NCBI GenBank assembly: GCA_964421865.1
Contig: CAYQZH010000002.1
Span: 1-51,015 of the forward strand
Reading direction: 5' to 3'
DNA: 51,015 nucleotides
Source: an uncultured Phycisphaera sp.
GTDB lineage: Bacteria; Planctomycetota; Phycisphaerae; UBA1845
The notes under the pieces are model-generated. The model saw only the letters and a list, made by a program, of their open reading frames with translations, had not been told where the DNA came from and searched no databases. This document shows positions 1 through 9,221 of the stretch, in pieces (positions within the stretch are counted from its first letter, which is position 1; each line of letters begins with the position of its first letter). The translations under genes were made by a program, and so were the position numbers.

Positions 1-418
1 GTTTGAAGTATGCCGTCCACTCCGGCGTGCCGCAGTCGAGCGACGCCGCGATCGCACCTAGCAGCGACCACGACGCGGCGACGGACTGCCGCGGGAAGAC
101 GGCGTGTCCCGCGCAGTCCCTCGCCAGCGCTCCCTGACACCAGCCGACGCGGAGCCGCGATGCCGGAGATTTTGGCTCGAAAGCAACTTTGGACGACGCC
201 GGCGCAATCGCCTCGGCAACCGATTCAGCGCCGCCGCCCCTCGGGGAACCGCACCTCGGCAAGCCGCACCGGGCACAGTAGCGACACGGACGCCGGTCCA
301 TGGCGCCGCACCGCGGGCAGGCTCGCGGCGCAGACCGCCGGATGGCCGCGGCGACGGCCAACAGTAGAACTACGATCAGTAGCGCCAGCACGTCGATTTG
401 TCCACACGCATCCATCAT
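1..418 (-). CDS. partial CDS running off the left edge: small protein with one TM helix followed by a CxxC..CxxC zinc ribbon
   Basis: It is absent from the ORF track because it has no stop inside the window. My own minus-strand translation from ATGATG (418-413) reads MMDACGQIDVLALLIVVLLLAVAAAIRRSAPRACPRCGAMDRRPCRYCARCGLPRCGS... and stays open to position 2. The hydrophobic helix and CPRCG/CRYCARCG motifs look protein-like, whereas the overlapping listed ORFs are R/P/A-rich shadows. Confidence 0.35.
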   Translation of the reverse strand, partial: MMDACGQIDVLALLIVVLLLAVAAAIRRSAPRACPRCGAMDRRPCRYCARCGLPRCGSPRGGGAESVAEAIAPASSKVAFEPKSPASRLRVGWCQGALARDCAGHAVFPRQSVAASWSLLGAIAASLDCGTPEWTAYFK

Positions 419-583
419 CGCACACGACCGCCGCCTTGCGCCGTCCCGTCCGAGTCGGGGCGGCTCCTTGCTCTATGAGTGCCCACCAGTGGCACTCCGC
501 CTTGTATTGTCTTTCCGGCTCGCCGCGAGCCCGCCGCAACCCCGGACGGGGGGTGACGCCGACGCGCCCAGTTTTCGCCGTCC

Positions 584-1534
584 ATGCCGGCTCGGAGCCC
601 ACCTGTGCGCAGCGGCGTGGACAGTCCCGGCCATGGACCCCGCTTTGTGGTGTCTTGCGGGCGGGTGGGCGGTTGGGGTTATCGAACGGTTTTGCGTGTG
701 CGACGCGTCGATGTCGCGCGGAACTCGCGCAGGGACCGCGTTCGTGGACCCGCGAAGGCCTGTGCTGGAGGTGGTGCCGTGGAGGGAGAACGTCGCGTGG
801 GGCCGGGCAGGCCGAGGAAACCCCGCTGCAAGCTGTGCGGTTCGGACAGGCGCCTGCCGTTCGGCGAGGAGCGGTGCGACATGTGCAAGCGGGTCTGCGT
901 CTGCGGGCGAAGGATCGAATACCCCGGACATGGACGCCCGCGCAGGCTCTGCCGCGCGTGCGAGGAGATCAATGTGGCCCGGAGCGTGTGCCCCTGCGGG
1001 ATGCTGATCCGGCGCGGGCTCAAGCGCTTCTGCTCGTCCGAGTGCCGGCGCGCGGCCCGCAGGGTTCGTGCCGGCGGACATCCGCCCGAACCTTGGGCCC
1101 TCGATTGGGGGCGCGTCGCGGCGACGGAGGCCGCTCACGTCGCCACGGCGAGGGTGATCGTGGCTTGGCTCCGAGTCGGCGGCCTGGTGCACAATCCGGA
1201 CCGTGTCTACTCGCGGGGCGCGACCATCTGGTCGCTTCCGCGGCGGCGGGTGGCGGAAGTGCGGCAGACCGACATGGACTTCACGGCGCAGGGCGGACTG
1301 CCGGAGAGAGTCCCGGTGGACGACGAGTCCCGCTACGAGGCGCTCGATCCGCCGCCGGCGCTGTATCTGCTGGTGAACCGCGCGCGGGACGCGGTGGCGG
1401 GGATCCGGGCCGGTCCCATCGACGCCCTCGCCTGGGAGCGGGAACGCAGGTGGGTGCCGCGCTACGCGGCCGAGGATTATGTGCTGCTTTGCCCGAGAGG
1501 CCGGGCGAGCATACGCTCGCTCCGGCTGGACTGA
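584..1534 (+). CDS. hypothetical Cys-rich (multiple CxxC) protein; the true start is probably downstream of 584
   Basis: The central block CKLCGSDRRLPFGEERCDMCKRVCVCGRRIEYPGHGRPRRLCRACEEINVARSVCPCGMLIRRGLKRFCSSECRRAARR is followed by a C-terminal half of normal composition (WLRVGGLVHNPDRVYSRGATIWSLP...YLLVNRARDAV). The competing ORFs 10..1590 and 473..1807 are low-complexity shadows. Confidence 0.5.
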   Translation: MPARSPPVRSGVDSPGHGPRFVVSCGRVGGWGYRTVLRVRRVDVARNSRRDRVRGPAKACAGGGAVEGERRVGPGRPRKPRCKLCGSDRRLPFGEERCDMCKRVCVCGRRIEYPGHGRPRRLCRACEEINVARSVCPCGMLIRRGLKRFCSSECRRAARRVRAGGHPPEPWALDWGRVAATEAAHVATARVIVAWLRVGGLVHNPDRVYSRGATIWSLPRRRVAEVRQTDMDFTAQGGLPERVPVDDESRYEALDPPPALYLLVNRARDAVAGIRAGPIDALAWERERRWVPRYAAEDYVLLCPRGRASIRSLRLD

Positions 1535-1736
1535 CGCGCCAGGCGGACCCTTCGTTCGTGCTGCCCTCGACACGCGGAACATGCTCGTGACGGTCTCCTC
1601 AGTTCCGGGCCGGCCCTGCGGGCCGTCCCCCATCCGTCCTGATCGCCTCCAGCATCCCCCCGCTCGGCAGCCTGCCGGCGAGCCGGGGTCCGGGCGCCCC
1701 CGGATCGCGCCTGCGGGCCGGACGGCGGCATCCGCA

Positions 1737-2147
1737 TCATGCGTCCGCCGCGTTCCGCTCGGGGTTCCCGTCCCCGCTCCATTCCGGCTCCGCCGCGCCG
1801 CGGGCACCGAGGTGATTCCCCTCGGGCGCGGTCGCTCCCCTATCGTCGCCGACCGCGACCGCGTCGAGCAGCCCCTCGCGGGCGAGGCGAGCGATTATCT
1901 TCCGTAGTGCGGCCACGCGCAGGCGAGCCCACTCCCGGCTTCCGCTCGGCGGCCAGTCCTGCGTCGTGCCGAGGGACTCGAAGACCTCGACGAGGAAGTC
2001 GCCGCCGTCCAGCGGCTCGCCGCCGCCCGACCGCAACGCCACGCGCGAGGTCGCCTCGAACACATGCTGGATTATGCCGTCCCGCTCGCCCCGGTGGCCG
2101 AGGCGCGCGAGCAGTTCCCACACCGACATTCGCCGTTTGGATGCCAT
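1737..2147 (-). CDS. hypothetical protein (136 aa)
   Basis: I trimmed the start to MASKRRMSVWELLARLGHRG (CAT at 2145-2147). Composition is balanced (IIQHVFEATSRVAL...FLVEVFESLGTTQDWPPSGSREWARLRVAALRKIIARLAREGLL). I recognise no family. Confidence 0.5.
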   Translation of the reverse strand: MASKRRMSVWELLARLGHRGERDGIIQHVFEATSRVALRSGGGEPLDGGDFLVEVFESLGTTQDWPPSGSREWARLRVAALRKIIARLAREGLLDAVAVGDDRGATAPEGNHLGARGAAEPEWSGDGNPERNAADA

Positions 2148-2879
2148 GCCCGTGTCGCTCCCCTGCGGCGGCCCGCCCGCGGTCGCGCTCCGCGTACCCA
2201 ATGTCCCGGTGGGCGCGACTCAGCGTTCCGCCGTGCCGCGGGCGCGGGGCCGGGGACATGCAGGCCCCGAGGCCCGCCACGCCCGGCCCCGCCGCCGCGA
2301 CTGAACATGGCCGGGCGGCGGGACGCCTACGGAAACGGCCGCGATCTCCGGTTATGGGATGGGGGGGGAGCGCCATTCGCGGACAGGCCGGCGAGGCGCT
2401 CGGGGCCTCCGGGGGCCCTTTCCTCCACGGGACGGCCTCCCTGGCCGCCGACGCCCGATCCTGGCCGACGCGGGGGGGCGGGCCGGGTTCTCGGGCGCCC
2501 GCCGGCGGCGCGGTCCGCCCGCGGCCCTAAGCTTGTGCGGCTACGCGGAGTATACGGGCCGCGTCCTTGTTTGCCAGGCATGTGATGCGTGTTGGAGGTG
2601 CGAGTCCTCTGCGGGCCGTGATGGTCGGAACCGCCAGGGCAGGCCAGGGTGTCCATCGCGAGGTGGAATCTGAAGGGAGCTCCAGCCCAAGACTCGGACT
2701 CGACGAACAGAAACCGGATAGAAGGCCGGTCGCGTGGGCTAAAGCGGCAATGGACGCGGATGCCAATTATCATCCGGATGTGCGATCGGTAAATCCGGCG
2801 AGCCGAAAGGCGCGCGAACAGATAGGCCGAGCCGGAAACGACGGTCGAAGGGCCGAACGGTGTGGAGGGGCAAGTAGAT

Positions 2880-5177
2880 TCAATATCCGACGGTCTCGAT
2901 GCCAAGTCGTCCACTCGGGCATTTGACGATGACCTGTACCTGGTTTCGGATTACGACGGTTGCGACAGCATCGCCTTCGGATTTTGTGATGGCGCGAATC
3001 AGATCATCAATAGTGTCGACCGAATACTCCCCATGTCTAACGATTAAGTCGCCGATGAGCAGGCCCGCTCGTCGGCCCGGGGAATCTTCGGCGTAGCCCG
3101 TGATGAAGGCTCCTCGGAGGTTCCCGTACACTTGGGGACGATCGAGTTGGTCGAGCCCCATCTTGGCGTATGACACTGTCACCGGGTCGTCCCCAGACCA
3201 TTCGATCATTCGGTCGTACGCGATGCGCGTTAATGGGGCGCATCCGGCAGCGCGGGCTTGTGCCGCCAGGCCCGGCAACTTATCTCGATCCGAGCGCATC
3301 AGCGCGTTGAACTTTTGTTGGAGATCACCGCAAATGACTTCGGCGAGGATCCCTCGACCTGCGCCAGCACAATGATTCGCGATTTGGACCGATGGCGCGC
3401 TCTCGCCGGCTGTCTCCGCGGCAAGCGGGAGATTGCGGTATTCCCGAAGCGGCTGCAAGTCGCAGGTTGCTGCAAGCGCTTCTTCCGCGAGCATACCAAC
3501 TCGGTGACAATGTTGCTCGAGCGACAATGCCCAAAGTCTCATGGCGTCACATAGCAGACTTTGAGGTGGCGCCGGCACTTTAACGAGGAGGTCTTCGAGC
3601 GACTTCATCGTTTCATTGGGGGTTCTGTCGGCCACGCCGTTGGGATCGATTTCTGCGTAGAAGGATTCAATGTCCTTCCAAGCCGGCTCGGCGACCACCG
3701 CCGGCAAAGCCCTAGCGGCGGCGAACGCTTCACGTTTGTACGCGTTCTGCCGTAGGAACTCCCGTTGATTCCTTAGTGCGTCGCCAGCGACATCAGGCGG
3801 CCAAAGGTCCGCCTTCGCGAGGACGGTCAACAAACCTATGCGGCGATCCGCAGTCTCGACATTCTCCCGGATCTCATTTGAGAGCAATTTAAGCGCAGCT
3901 TCTTTTTGCCTCTTTTCTTCAACTCGTGTGCGCAGATGGCTCCAGACGAAACCGAGCACCACAATGGCCGCAATGAATAGGGCGCTGGTGCTGATCAATA
4001 GCGACGTTGTCTTGCGTGTTCGACCATGTTCCTTCGATGTGTGGCGTTCGCCGCTTCGGAACCCCGTTTCTGCCGCCTGCTGGACGCGACCAACAGCCTT
4101 GTGAACGTCTTTGACCGAGCCGCCCAAACCGGCCAATCGGCGGTCGATCCCGTCGAGCCGCCGGTCGAGCTTCCTGAGCCAGGCGGCGTACTTGACGACC
4201 ACATTGAAGTCGGGTCGCGAAGCAGCGGAGGCCAGGACCAACGAACCTTGGGTTTCGACAGCCTCCAGAATCTGATCTTGTTTCCGCGCCATCTCCTCCT
4301 GCGTGCTGCTCATCGTGCGGATGCGGACGACGACCTCGCCCAACATGCGCAGATGCACGGCGGCGAACGCTGCGCCGCCGCGAGGGCCGGCGAGGTCGTG
4401 CTTGATGTCGTTGTAGAACTGTCGGGAGAACTCGGCGCGGGATGCCGCGATGGCGCGGAGGAATGTCGCGCAGTTGTCAGGGAGAGCCTTGGATACCCTT
4501 TCCCCCGCCGCATCGGCCATCTCGCGGACGACTGCCGTCCACAGTTCGACATCGCCCCAGTCGGGGAACGCGGGATCGGCCGGGTTCAACGTGATGGCAT
4601 CACGGACCTTGGCTTCGAGCAAAGGTGCGAAACGATCATCTGAGGAACCATCAACGTGCTTCTTAACGATTTCGAGCCAAGCATCTTCCGCTCTCTCTGC
4701 TGCGAGACGAAGCGCCTTCCGCTCCTTCAGGGGTAACTTGTCATCTTCAAGGATGGATGGCGAGGTGAGAATCGTTCGAATGGAACGGGCGACGGCCTTG
4801 GCGAGGTCGTGGTTGAACAGGCGTTCGCGTTCCGACGCCTCCGCCTCCTCATGAGCGTGGATGCGACTCCCCTCAACGCTGGAATGGATTGAATGCGCCG
4901 AGAGTGCGAGGAACTGAGCGACGGAGACCCCGAGTCCGGCAGCGGAATGCTCATCCACACCAAAGCCATGTGCGAGTTTCTCAATGCCGAAGACCGTTCC
5001 CAGGAAGGCGAGGTTTTTCGCCGTGCCGAGTACGGACGCGACGGTCGAATGCACGAATGTAGTGTATGGCGCGGCCATGAAAGGAGATGTTACCAAATGT
5101 CGTTGATAGCGGGCAAGAAAAGACGGCGTACTCTTGGAGCCTTGATTTCCGGAGTTCCAAACCGTCCACGCGGGCAA
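2880..5177 (-). CDS. 765-aa membrane protein: helical N-terminal region, one TM helix, C-terminal PDZ domain; no protease domain recognised
   Basis: The TM segment is TTSLLISTSALFIAAIVVLGFVWSHL. The C-terminus NLRGAFITGYAEDSPGRRAGLLIGDLIVRHGEYSVDTIDDLIRAITKSEGDAVATVVIRNQVQVIV fits the PDZ pattern (carboxylate-binding loop, SP..AGL..GD.I). The gene is visibly less G+C-rich than its flanks. Confidence 0.75.
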   Translation of the reverse strand: MPAWTVWNSGNQGSKSTPSFLARYQRHLVTSPFMAAPYTTFVHSTVASVLGTAKNLAFLGTVFGIEKLAHGFGVDEHSAAGLGVSVAQFLALSAHSIHSSVEGSRIHAHEEAEASERERLFNHDLAKAVARSIRTILTSPSILEDDKLPLKERKALRLAAERAEDAWLEIVKKHVDGSSDDRFAPLLEAKVRDAITLNPADPAFPDWGDVELWTAVVREMADAAGERVSKALPDNCATFLRAIAASRAEFSRQFYNDIKHDLAGPRGGAAFAAVHLRMLGEVVVRIRTMSSTQEEMARKQDQILEAVETQGSLVLASAASRPDFNVVVKYAAWLRKLDRRLDGIDRRLAGLGGSVKDVHKAVGRVQQAAETGFRSGERHTSKEHGRTRKTTSLLISTSALFIAAIVVLGFVWSHLRTRVEEKRQKEAALKLLSNEIRENVETADRRIGLLTVLAKADLWPPDVAGDALRNQREFLRQNAYKREAFAAARALPAVVAEPAWKDIESFYAEIDPNGVADRTPNETMKSLEDLLVKVPAPPQSLLCDAMRLWALSLEQHCHRVGMLAEEALAATCDLQPLREYRNLPLAAETAGESAPSVQIANHCAGAGRGILAEVICGDLQQKFNALMRSDRDKLPGLAAQARAAGCAPLTRIAYDRMIEWSGDDPVTVSYAKMGLDQLDRPQVYGNLRGAFITGYAEDSPGRRAGLLIGDLIVRHGEYSVDTIDDLIRAITKSEGDAVATVVIRNQVQVIVKCPSGRLGIETVGY

Positions 5178-5527
5178 AGGAGTACGCGGCTGAACGAGAG
5201 TAATGCGAATGGCTCACGGCCCAGCGGCTTGTGAGGGCATGCCCCCGGCTTGGTTCAAGAATCTACAATTGGTGTGCCTGACCGACAGGCATGCCGCGTT
5301 GCGACATTGAGGGAAACCGCCGGATACGATGAGTACGTCCGGTGGTGTGGGAGGACGGGCGCCGCGAGGCACCCTCCTACCCGATCCCTCTGGCGGTTGC
5401 CCTGCGCCGCGGCGCGCCCTCCGCCGGGATTTCCTTCGTGTCCATCGGACGCGGAGGATGTCCCTGCGGCCCCGGCCCGCGCCGCCCCGGGCGCGCCTGT
5501 CCGGAAACTGACGCCGACGGCTCGGAT

Positions 5528-5602
5528 CCCGGAGAGGGAGGGGGCGCCCCGCAGGGGCGCCCGTGGTGGCCGCGCAGACTCCGGCGTGGGCGCGACACGA
5601 AC
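5528..5602 (+). repeat. intergenic G+C-rich repeat, module A copy 1
   Basis: The sequence cccggagagggagggggcgccccgcaggggcgcccgtggtggccgcg...ccggcgtgggcgcgacacgaac aligns with 9222-9299 (tccggagagggggggactcccccgcagggggaggcccgtggtggcggggg...ccgacgcgggcgtcccggaac). Confidence 0.55.
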
Positions 5603-5657
5603 ATTGGGACATCTGTGCAGCGCACGGTGTGCCTGCGCGCACCACAGTGGTCAGACT

Positions 5658-5824
5658 GTCATCCAGCGCGCCAAGAGAAGTAGAGCACACCCACCACCCC
5701 CCCGACCCCCCCAACTGTCTCTTGGCGCGCGCCGGACTCAGGCCGTCGGGCGGTTCATCCAGCGCGCCAAGTGAGATAGAGCGCACCCCACCCCCGACCC
5801 ACCCCCTACTGTCTCTTGGCGCGC
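5658..5824. repeat. two tandem ~70-nt palindromic units (10-13 bp perfect inverted repeat around a C-rich loop)
   Basis: Unit 1 (5658-5730) has gcgcgccaagaga (5666-5678) and tctcttggcgcgc (5718-5730) as exact reverse complements around ...cacccaccacccccccgaccccccc... Unit 2 (5755-5824) repeats catccagcgcgccaag...ctgtctcttggcgcgc with a few substitutions. Confidence 0.7.
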
Positions 5825-5868
5825 TGGCCCCGTGCCATTTGGCCTCGCCGGATCACTCCCGCGTCTGG

Positions 5869-6399
5869 TCATCCGGCGCAGCGACCGCCGGATGGCGGCG
5901 CCTCGTCCCGGAAGTTGCCGATTAGACCGAGCAGGCCGGGGCAATCGTCGAACGCCACATCGTCGTATGCCCTGGCGGCTGCCTCCTCGGTCGCGAACAG
6001 GCCAATCCGGACGCACGCTCCGGGTGGGCCATTCACCGCGGCCCACTTTCCCACCTCGGCGTCCCACATCACGCCGGTGTACATCGACCAACGGAGACCC
6101 TCCGGCAGACCCCCGCCCCGCCTTGTGCCGCTGCGCGATGTTGTCCGGACCCGGAGGTTCGCCCGCGCGTTGTTGAGGCCGTCGCGGTCGCGGTGCTCGA
6201 CCCGCTCGCCCCGCTTGGCCTCGACGATCAGCCGGTGCATATAGAGAGAGCGCTGCCTGCCCCGAAGCCGCGGCAGCCTCGCGATCGCGTACACGGTGCG
6301 GCCCTGGACCAGGGGCCGCCACCTGTGCTCCCGGACGCGAGCCTCATCCTCGTCGTCGATCAGGGCCGCATACCCGTGCCGCAACTGGATCTGGACCAT
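5869..6399 (-). CDS. HNH endonuclease with C-terminal AP2 DNA-binding domain (homing-endonuclease-like)
   Basis: I set the start at MVQIQLRHGYA (CAT 6397-6399), preceded by GGAGGGAG. The HNH_3-type motif is LYMHRLIVEAKRGERVEHRDRDGLNNARANLRV. The AP2-type block is YTGVMWDAEVGKWAAVNGPPGACVRIGLFATEEAAARAYDDVA. Confidence 0.85.
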   Translation of the reverse strand: MVQIQLRHGYAALIDDEDEARVREHRWRPLVQGRTVYAIARLPRLRGRQRSLYMHRLIVEAKRGERVEHRDRDGLNNARANLRVRTTSRSGTRRGGGLPEGLRWSMYTGVMWDAEVGKWAAVNGPPGACVRIGLFATEEAAARAYDDVAFDDCPGLLGLIGNFRDEAPPSGGRCAG

Positions 6400-6528
6400 C
6401 CCGCTTCTCCCTCCACGAGCGTCTGGTGTTACCTCTCGGCCTAACACCAGAGCGGGCGGTCAGAACAATATAAGGTGGGGCGATCGCCCGTGCCGGGGGC
6501 GAGGGGAAGCGCGCAGGGGGTGCTTCGA

Positions 6529-6665
6529 TTCTCGGGCGGACAGGGCAAGTAGTGTGTGCGCGGTGCGCCACCGTTCTCCATGCGCGCTTTCGGGGCCGGG
6601 GGCGCGGAGAAGCGCGCAGAGCGGGCCCCTTCCCCCTCCGACGGCCCCACCCCCATCCCATAACG
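6529..6665 (+). repeat. intergenic G+C-rich repeat, module B copy 1
   Basis: The sequence ttctcgggcggacagggcaagtagtgtgtgcg...ggccccttccccctcc...catccca aligns with 9353-9450 (ctctcgggcgggcagggcaggcagcgtgtgggg...ggcccccctccccccc, catccca). Confidence 0.5.
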
Positions 6666-6822
6666 TGGATCCACGGTTTTCCGTAGGCGTCCCGTGGTCC
6701 TGCGCCCGCCCGACGAGTGGAGCGATCGGTGGGCGTGGACGTGATGCTCCCCTCCGGCGATCCTCCCTTCGCCGCCCCGGTTGCCGGCGCGATCGCGTCG
6801 TCCGATCTGGGCGGGAGCCGGT

Positions 6823-8343
6823 ATGATCGGGGCGGCTTCCCGGTTACGCGAGCGACCCGATGGAGAACCCAAGGTGGACCTGTCCCCCGCGACGATCTAC
6901 TCCCTGCACTGCCCTTCGCTCTGTGAACTGCGACCGTGGCTGCTCTCCCACGGGGCGCAGGAAGCAGAGCCGGGCGCGTACCAGCAGGTGCTGGTACGCC
7001 TCGGGCGACGCCACGAGGCCAAGCACCTCTCGGAACTTGGCCCCATCAACGACCTGAGCGGGGGGACGTTCGCCGAGCGGATCGAACGTACTGGCGAAAG
7101 CATCGCCCGCGGGGAGCGGGTCATGTACCAGCCGGTTCTCCGAAGCGCGACGCGGATCGACGGCGAGGAGGTCCGGGTCGTCGGCATCCCGGACTTCCTG
7201 ATCCGAGACGGCGCCACGTACCGCGTCCGCGACTGCAAGCTCGCCCTCCACGCGGACGAGGGGCGACATCCGGAGATCCTCCGGCAGCTTGAACTGTACG
7301 GCTGGCTTTTCGAGCGGACGGCGGGCGCGCCGCCGACCGCGCTGGAGGTCGTACTGGGCAACTCGACGATCGTCGAGGTCCCCTTCGACGGCGGGGATCG
7401 CGCATTGGCCGCGCTCCACGAGATCAGGCGGACGACGGCGCTCGACGCGCCGCCGTATTCGCCCGTCGGCTGGACGAAGTGCCTCGGATGCGGGTTCCGC
7501 GGCCACTGTTGGGCCGAAGCGGAGGATCGCGGCGACGTGGCGCTGGTCTTCGGCGTCGATCAGGGTCTCGCCCGGGCCCTCCGCCAGGGCGGCGTCACGA
7601 CGATCCGCGGGCTGCTCGACCGGTTCGACGAGGCGACGCTCGCCGGTGTCACTCGACCATGGGGAGGCCGAACCCAAAGGGTCGGACGCAGGGCGGGCCG
7701 CATCCTCGAGCAGGCGCGGGCGACCGCCGACGGCAGCGTGACCGTCCTGTCCCCGCCCGCGCTTCCCGCCGCCGACAACTGCGTGATGTTCGACCTTGAG
7801 GGCCTGCCGCCGCATCTGGACGAACTCGACAAGGTGTACCTTTGGGGCACGCAGGTGTTCGGCGCGGACGCGGGCGGCTACCACGCCGCCTTGGCCGGGT
7901 TCGGCCCCGACGGGGACCGCCGGGGGTGGGAGGGTTTCCTGACGCAGTCGCGCGCGATCTTCGAGGCCCACGGCGACATCCCGTTCGTCCACTGGCACCA
8001 TTACGAGACGACCAAGGTCAGGGCGTACCTGGACCGGTACGGCGACGACACCGGCGTGGCAGAGCGCGTCCTCCGCAACTGCGTGGATCTGCTGCCGATC
8101 ACGCGGGACGCCGTTGTGCTCCCCGACCCGAGCTACAGCCTGAAGGTGGTCGAGCGCCGGGCGGGCTACCGGCGGACCCTCGACGAGTACGGCGGCGACT
8201 GGTCGATCGCCCGCTACATCGAGGCCGTCGAGACGGAAGACGAGGCGGCGCGCGAGGCGATCGTGCAGGAGATCGAGGACTACAACCGCGAGGACCTGGA
8301 GGCGACGTGGGCCGTCATGGAGTGGCTCAGGTCGCTGGCTTGA
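6823..8343 (+). CDS. TM0106-family RecB-like nuclease (PD-(D/E)xK nuclease plus RNase H-like exonuclease domain)
   Basis: The PD-(D/E)xK-like block is GIPDFLIRDGATYRVRDCKLA, and a Cys cluster CLGCGFRGHCW follows. The RNase-H-like motifs are VMFDLEGLPP, YLWG, HWHHYETTKVR and DYNREDLEATWAVMEWL. The start was chosen at ATG 6823 behind GGGAG; the ORF track starts at a TTG at 6781. Confidence 0.8.
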   Translation: MIGAASRLRERPDGEPKVDLSPATIYSLHCPSLCELRPWLLSHGAQEAEPGAYQQVLVRLGRRHEAKHLSELGPINDLSGGTFAERIERTGESIARGERVMYQPVLRSATRIDGEEVRVVGIPDFLIRDGATYRVRDCKLALHADEGRHPEILRQLELYGWLFERTAGAPPTALEVVLGNSTIVEVPFDGGDRALAALHEIRRTTALDAPPYSPVGWTKCLGCGFRGHCWAEAEDRGDVALVFGVDQGLARALRQGGVTTIRGLLDRFDEATLAGVTRPWGGRTQRVGRRAGRILEQARATADGSVTVLSPPALPAADNCVMFDLEGLPPHLDELDKVYLWGTQVFGADAGGYHAALAGFGPDGDRRGWEGFLTQSRAIFEAHGDIPFVHWHHYETTKVRAYLDRYGDDTGVAERVLRNCVDLLPITRDAVVLPDPSYSLKVVERRAGYRRTLDEYGGDWSIARYIEAVETEDEAAREAIVQEIEDYNREDLEATWAVMEWLRSLA

Positions 8344-8403
8344 CGACGCGCGTCGATGCGTCTACCGAGGCCGGCGTCCCGCCGCAGCACCTCCCGACGC
8401 GCA

Positions 8404-8997
8404 TCACCAACGACCCTCGCAGATTCCGCACCGCAAGGTCACCACATTCCATGACGGCCGGGAGACAGCCACGGATGTCTTGCCGCATGCCCTGCACCTA
8501 TGCAGGACCTTGCCCCGCAGGCACAGCATGTTCATCACCTGCTGGAGGACCCGCTCGTCCTTGCACAGCAGCTCCTCCGTCTCCTCCACGGCTCGCCGCT
8601 CGGCCTCGATGCCCTCCCATACCTCGCGCTCGAACGCCTCGTCGTCCATTGGATCGCATTCGCCCGTTCTCTCGGCACTCATGCCTTCGCCCTCTGCGGG
8701 TCCGCGGAGCGACTCCAGCAGGGTGTAGGGGTTCGTCCACTCGCACGCCGGGCAGCCAAGCCGGCCCGGCACGCCCGGCCTGTCCAGCATGGCGCGGCAC
8801 TGCGGGCATTGCGCCTCCAGCCGGGCGATGAAATCCCTTCTCGTCTCGCCGTCCCGGCGGTAACGCTGCACGTATTCGATGCCGGCCTTGACCCTCCTGG
8901 CCACATCCTTCCTGGCGCAGGCTCCGCACTGCCAGCTGTCCCGGTCCAGGAGCCTCCTCCCGCACGCGCACCTGCCCGCCATCTCGTTCGCTGTCAT
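8404..8997 (-). CDS. hypothetical zinc-ribbon-rich protein (197 aa)
   Basis: I trimmed the start to MTANEMAGRCACGRRL (CAT 8995-8997). It has at least five CxxC pairs (CACG, CGAC, CPQC, CPAC, CRAC, CGIC) around an acidic helix. The 150 aa upstream in the listed ORF are R/P/G low complexity. Confidence 0.6.
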   Translation of the reverse strand: MTANEMAGRCACGRRLLDRDSWQCGACARKDVARRVKAGIEYVQRYRRDGETRRDFIARLEAQCPQCRAMLDRPGVPGRLGCPACEWTNPYTLLESLRGPAEGEGMSAERTGECDPMDDEAFEREVWEGIEAERRAVEETEELLCKDERVLQQVMNMLCLRGKVLHRCRACGKTSVAVSRPSWNVVTLRCGICEGRW

Positions 8998-9221
8998 CGC
9001 TCGCCCTCCAACATCCTTGTGTCCAGGTTCCGACGGCGACCGCCGCCGCCTCCCCCTTGTTCTATCGCCTGCCTCGGGGTTGCCGCGTTCCGGGCACACG
9101 CCCGTCGCGTGGGGGGAGGCCCGTCGCGGCGGGGGAGATTCCCGGCGTCGGCGAGGCAAGAGAATTAGAGCAGGAAGGCCCCCCGCGCGCCCGCCCGGCC
9201 CCGGACGCCGGGGGAGGCGGC

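Noticed and set aside
10-1807. Very long ORFs 10..1590 (+, 526 aa) and 473..1807 (-, 444 aa) at the left end
   Set aside because: They are almost pure R/P/A/G/S low complexity, typical of out-of-frame or antisense shadows in ~70% G+C DNA. They overlap ORFs with normal composition (584..1534 and the partial minus-strand TM/ribbon ORF).
2327-2926. ORFs 2327..2914 (-) and 2567..2926 (+) in the gap upstream of the PDZ gene; I also considered an ncRNA or transposase relic (…AMDADANYHPD…)
   Set aside because: Neither translation looks like a real protein. They overlap each other and the PDZ gene end. I could not recognise an RNA family or a DDE motif with any confidence.
5658-5824. Possible CRISPR array
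   Set aside because: There are only two units. The 'repeat' is itself a long palindrome with a C-rich loop rather than repeat-spacer-repeat, and there are no cas genes. No other CRISPR-like periodicity was seen in the window.
6844-8001. 385-aa minus-strand ORF
   Set aside because: It is antisense to the motif-rich RecB-like nuclease gene. Its composition is R/A/P/G-dominated and it has no recognisable motifs.
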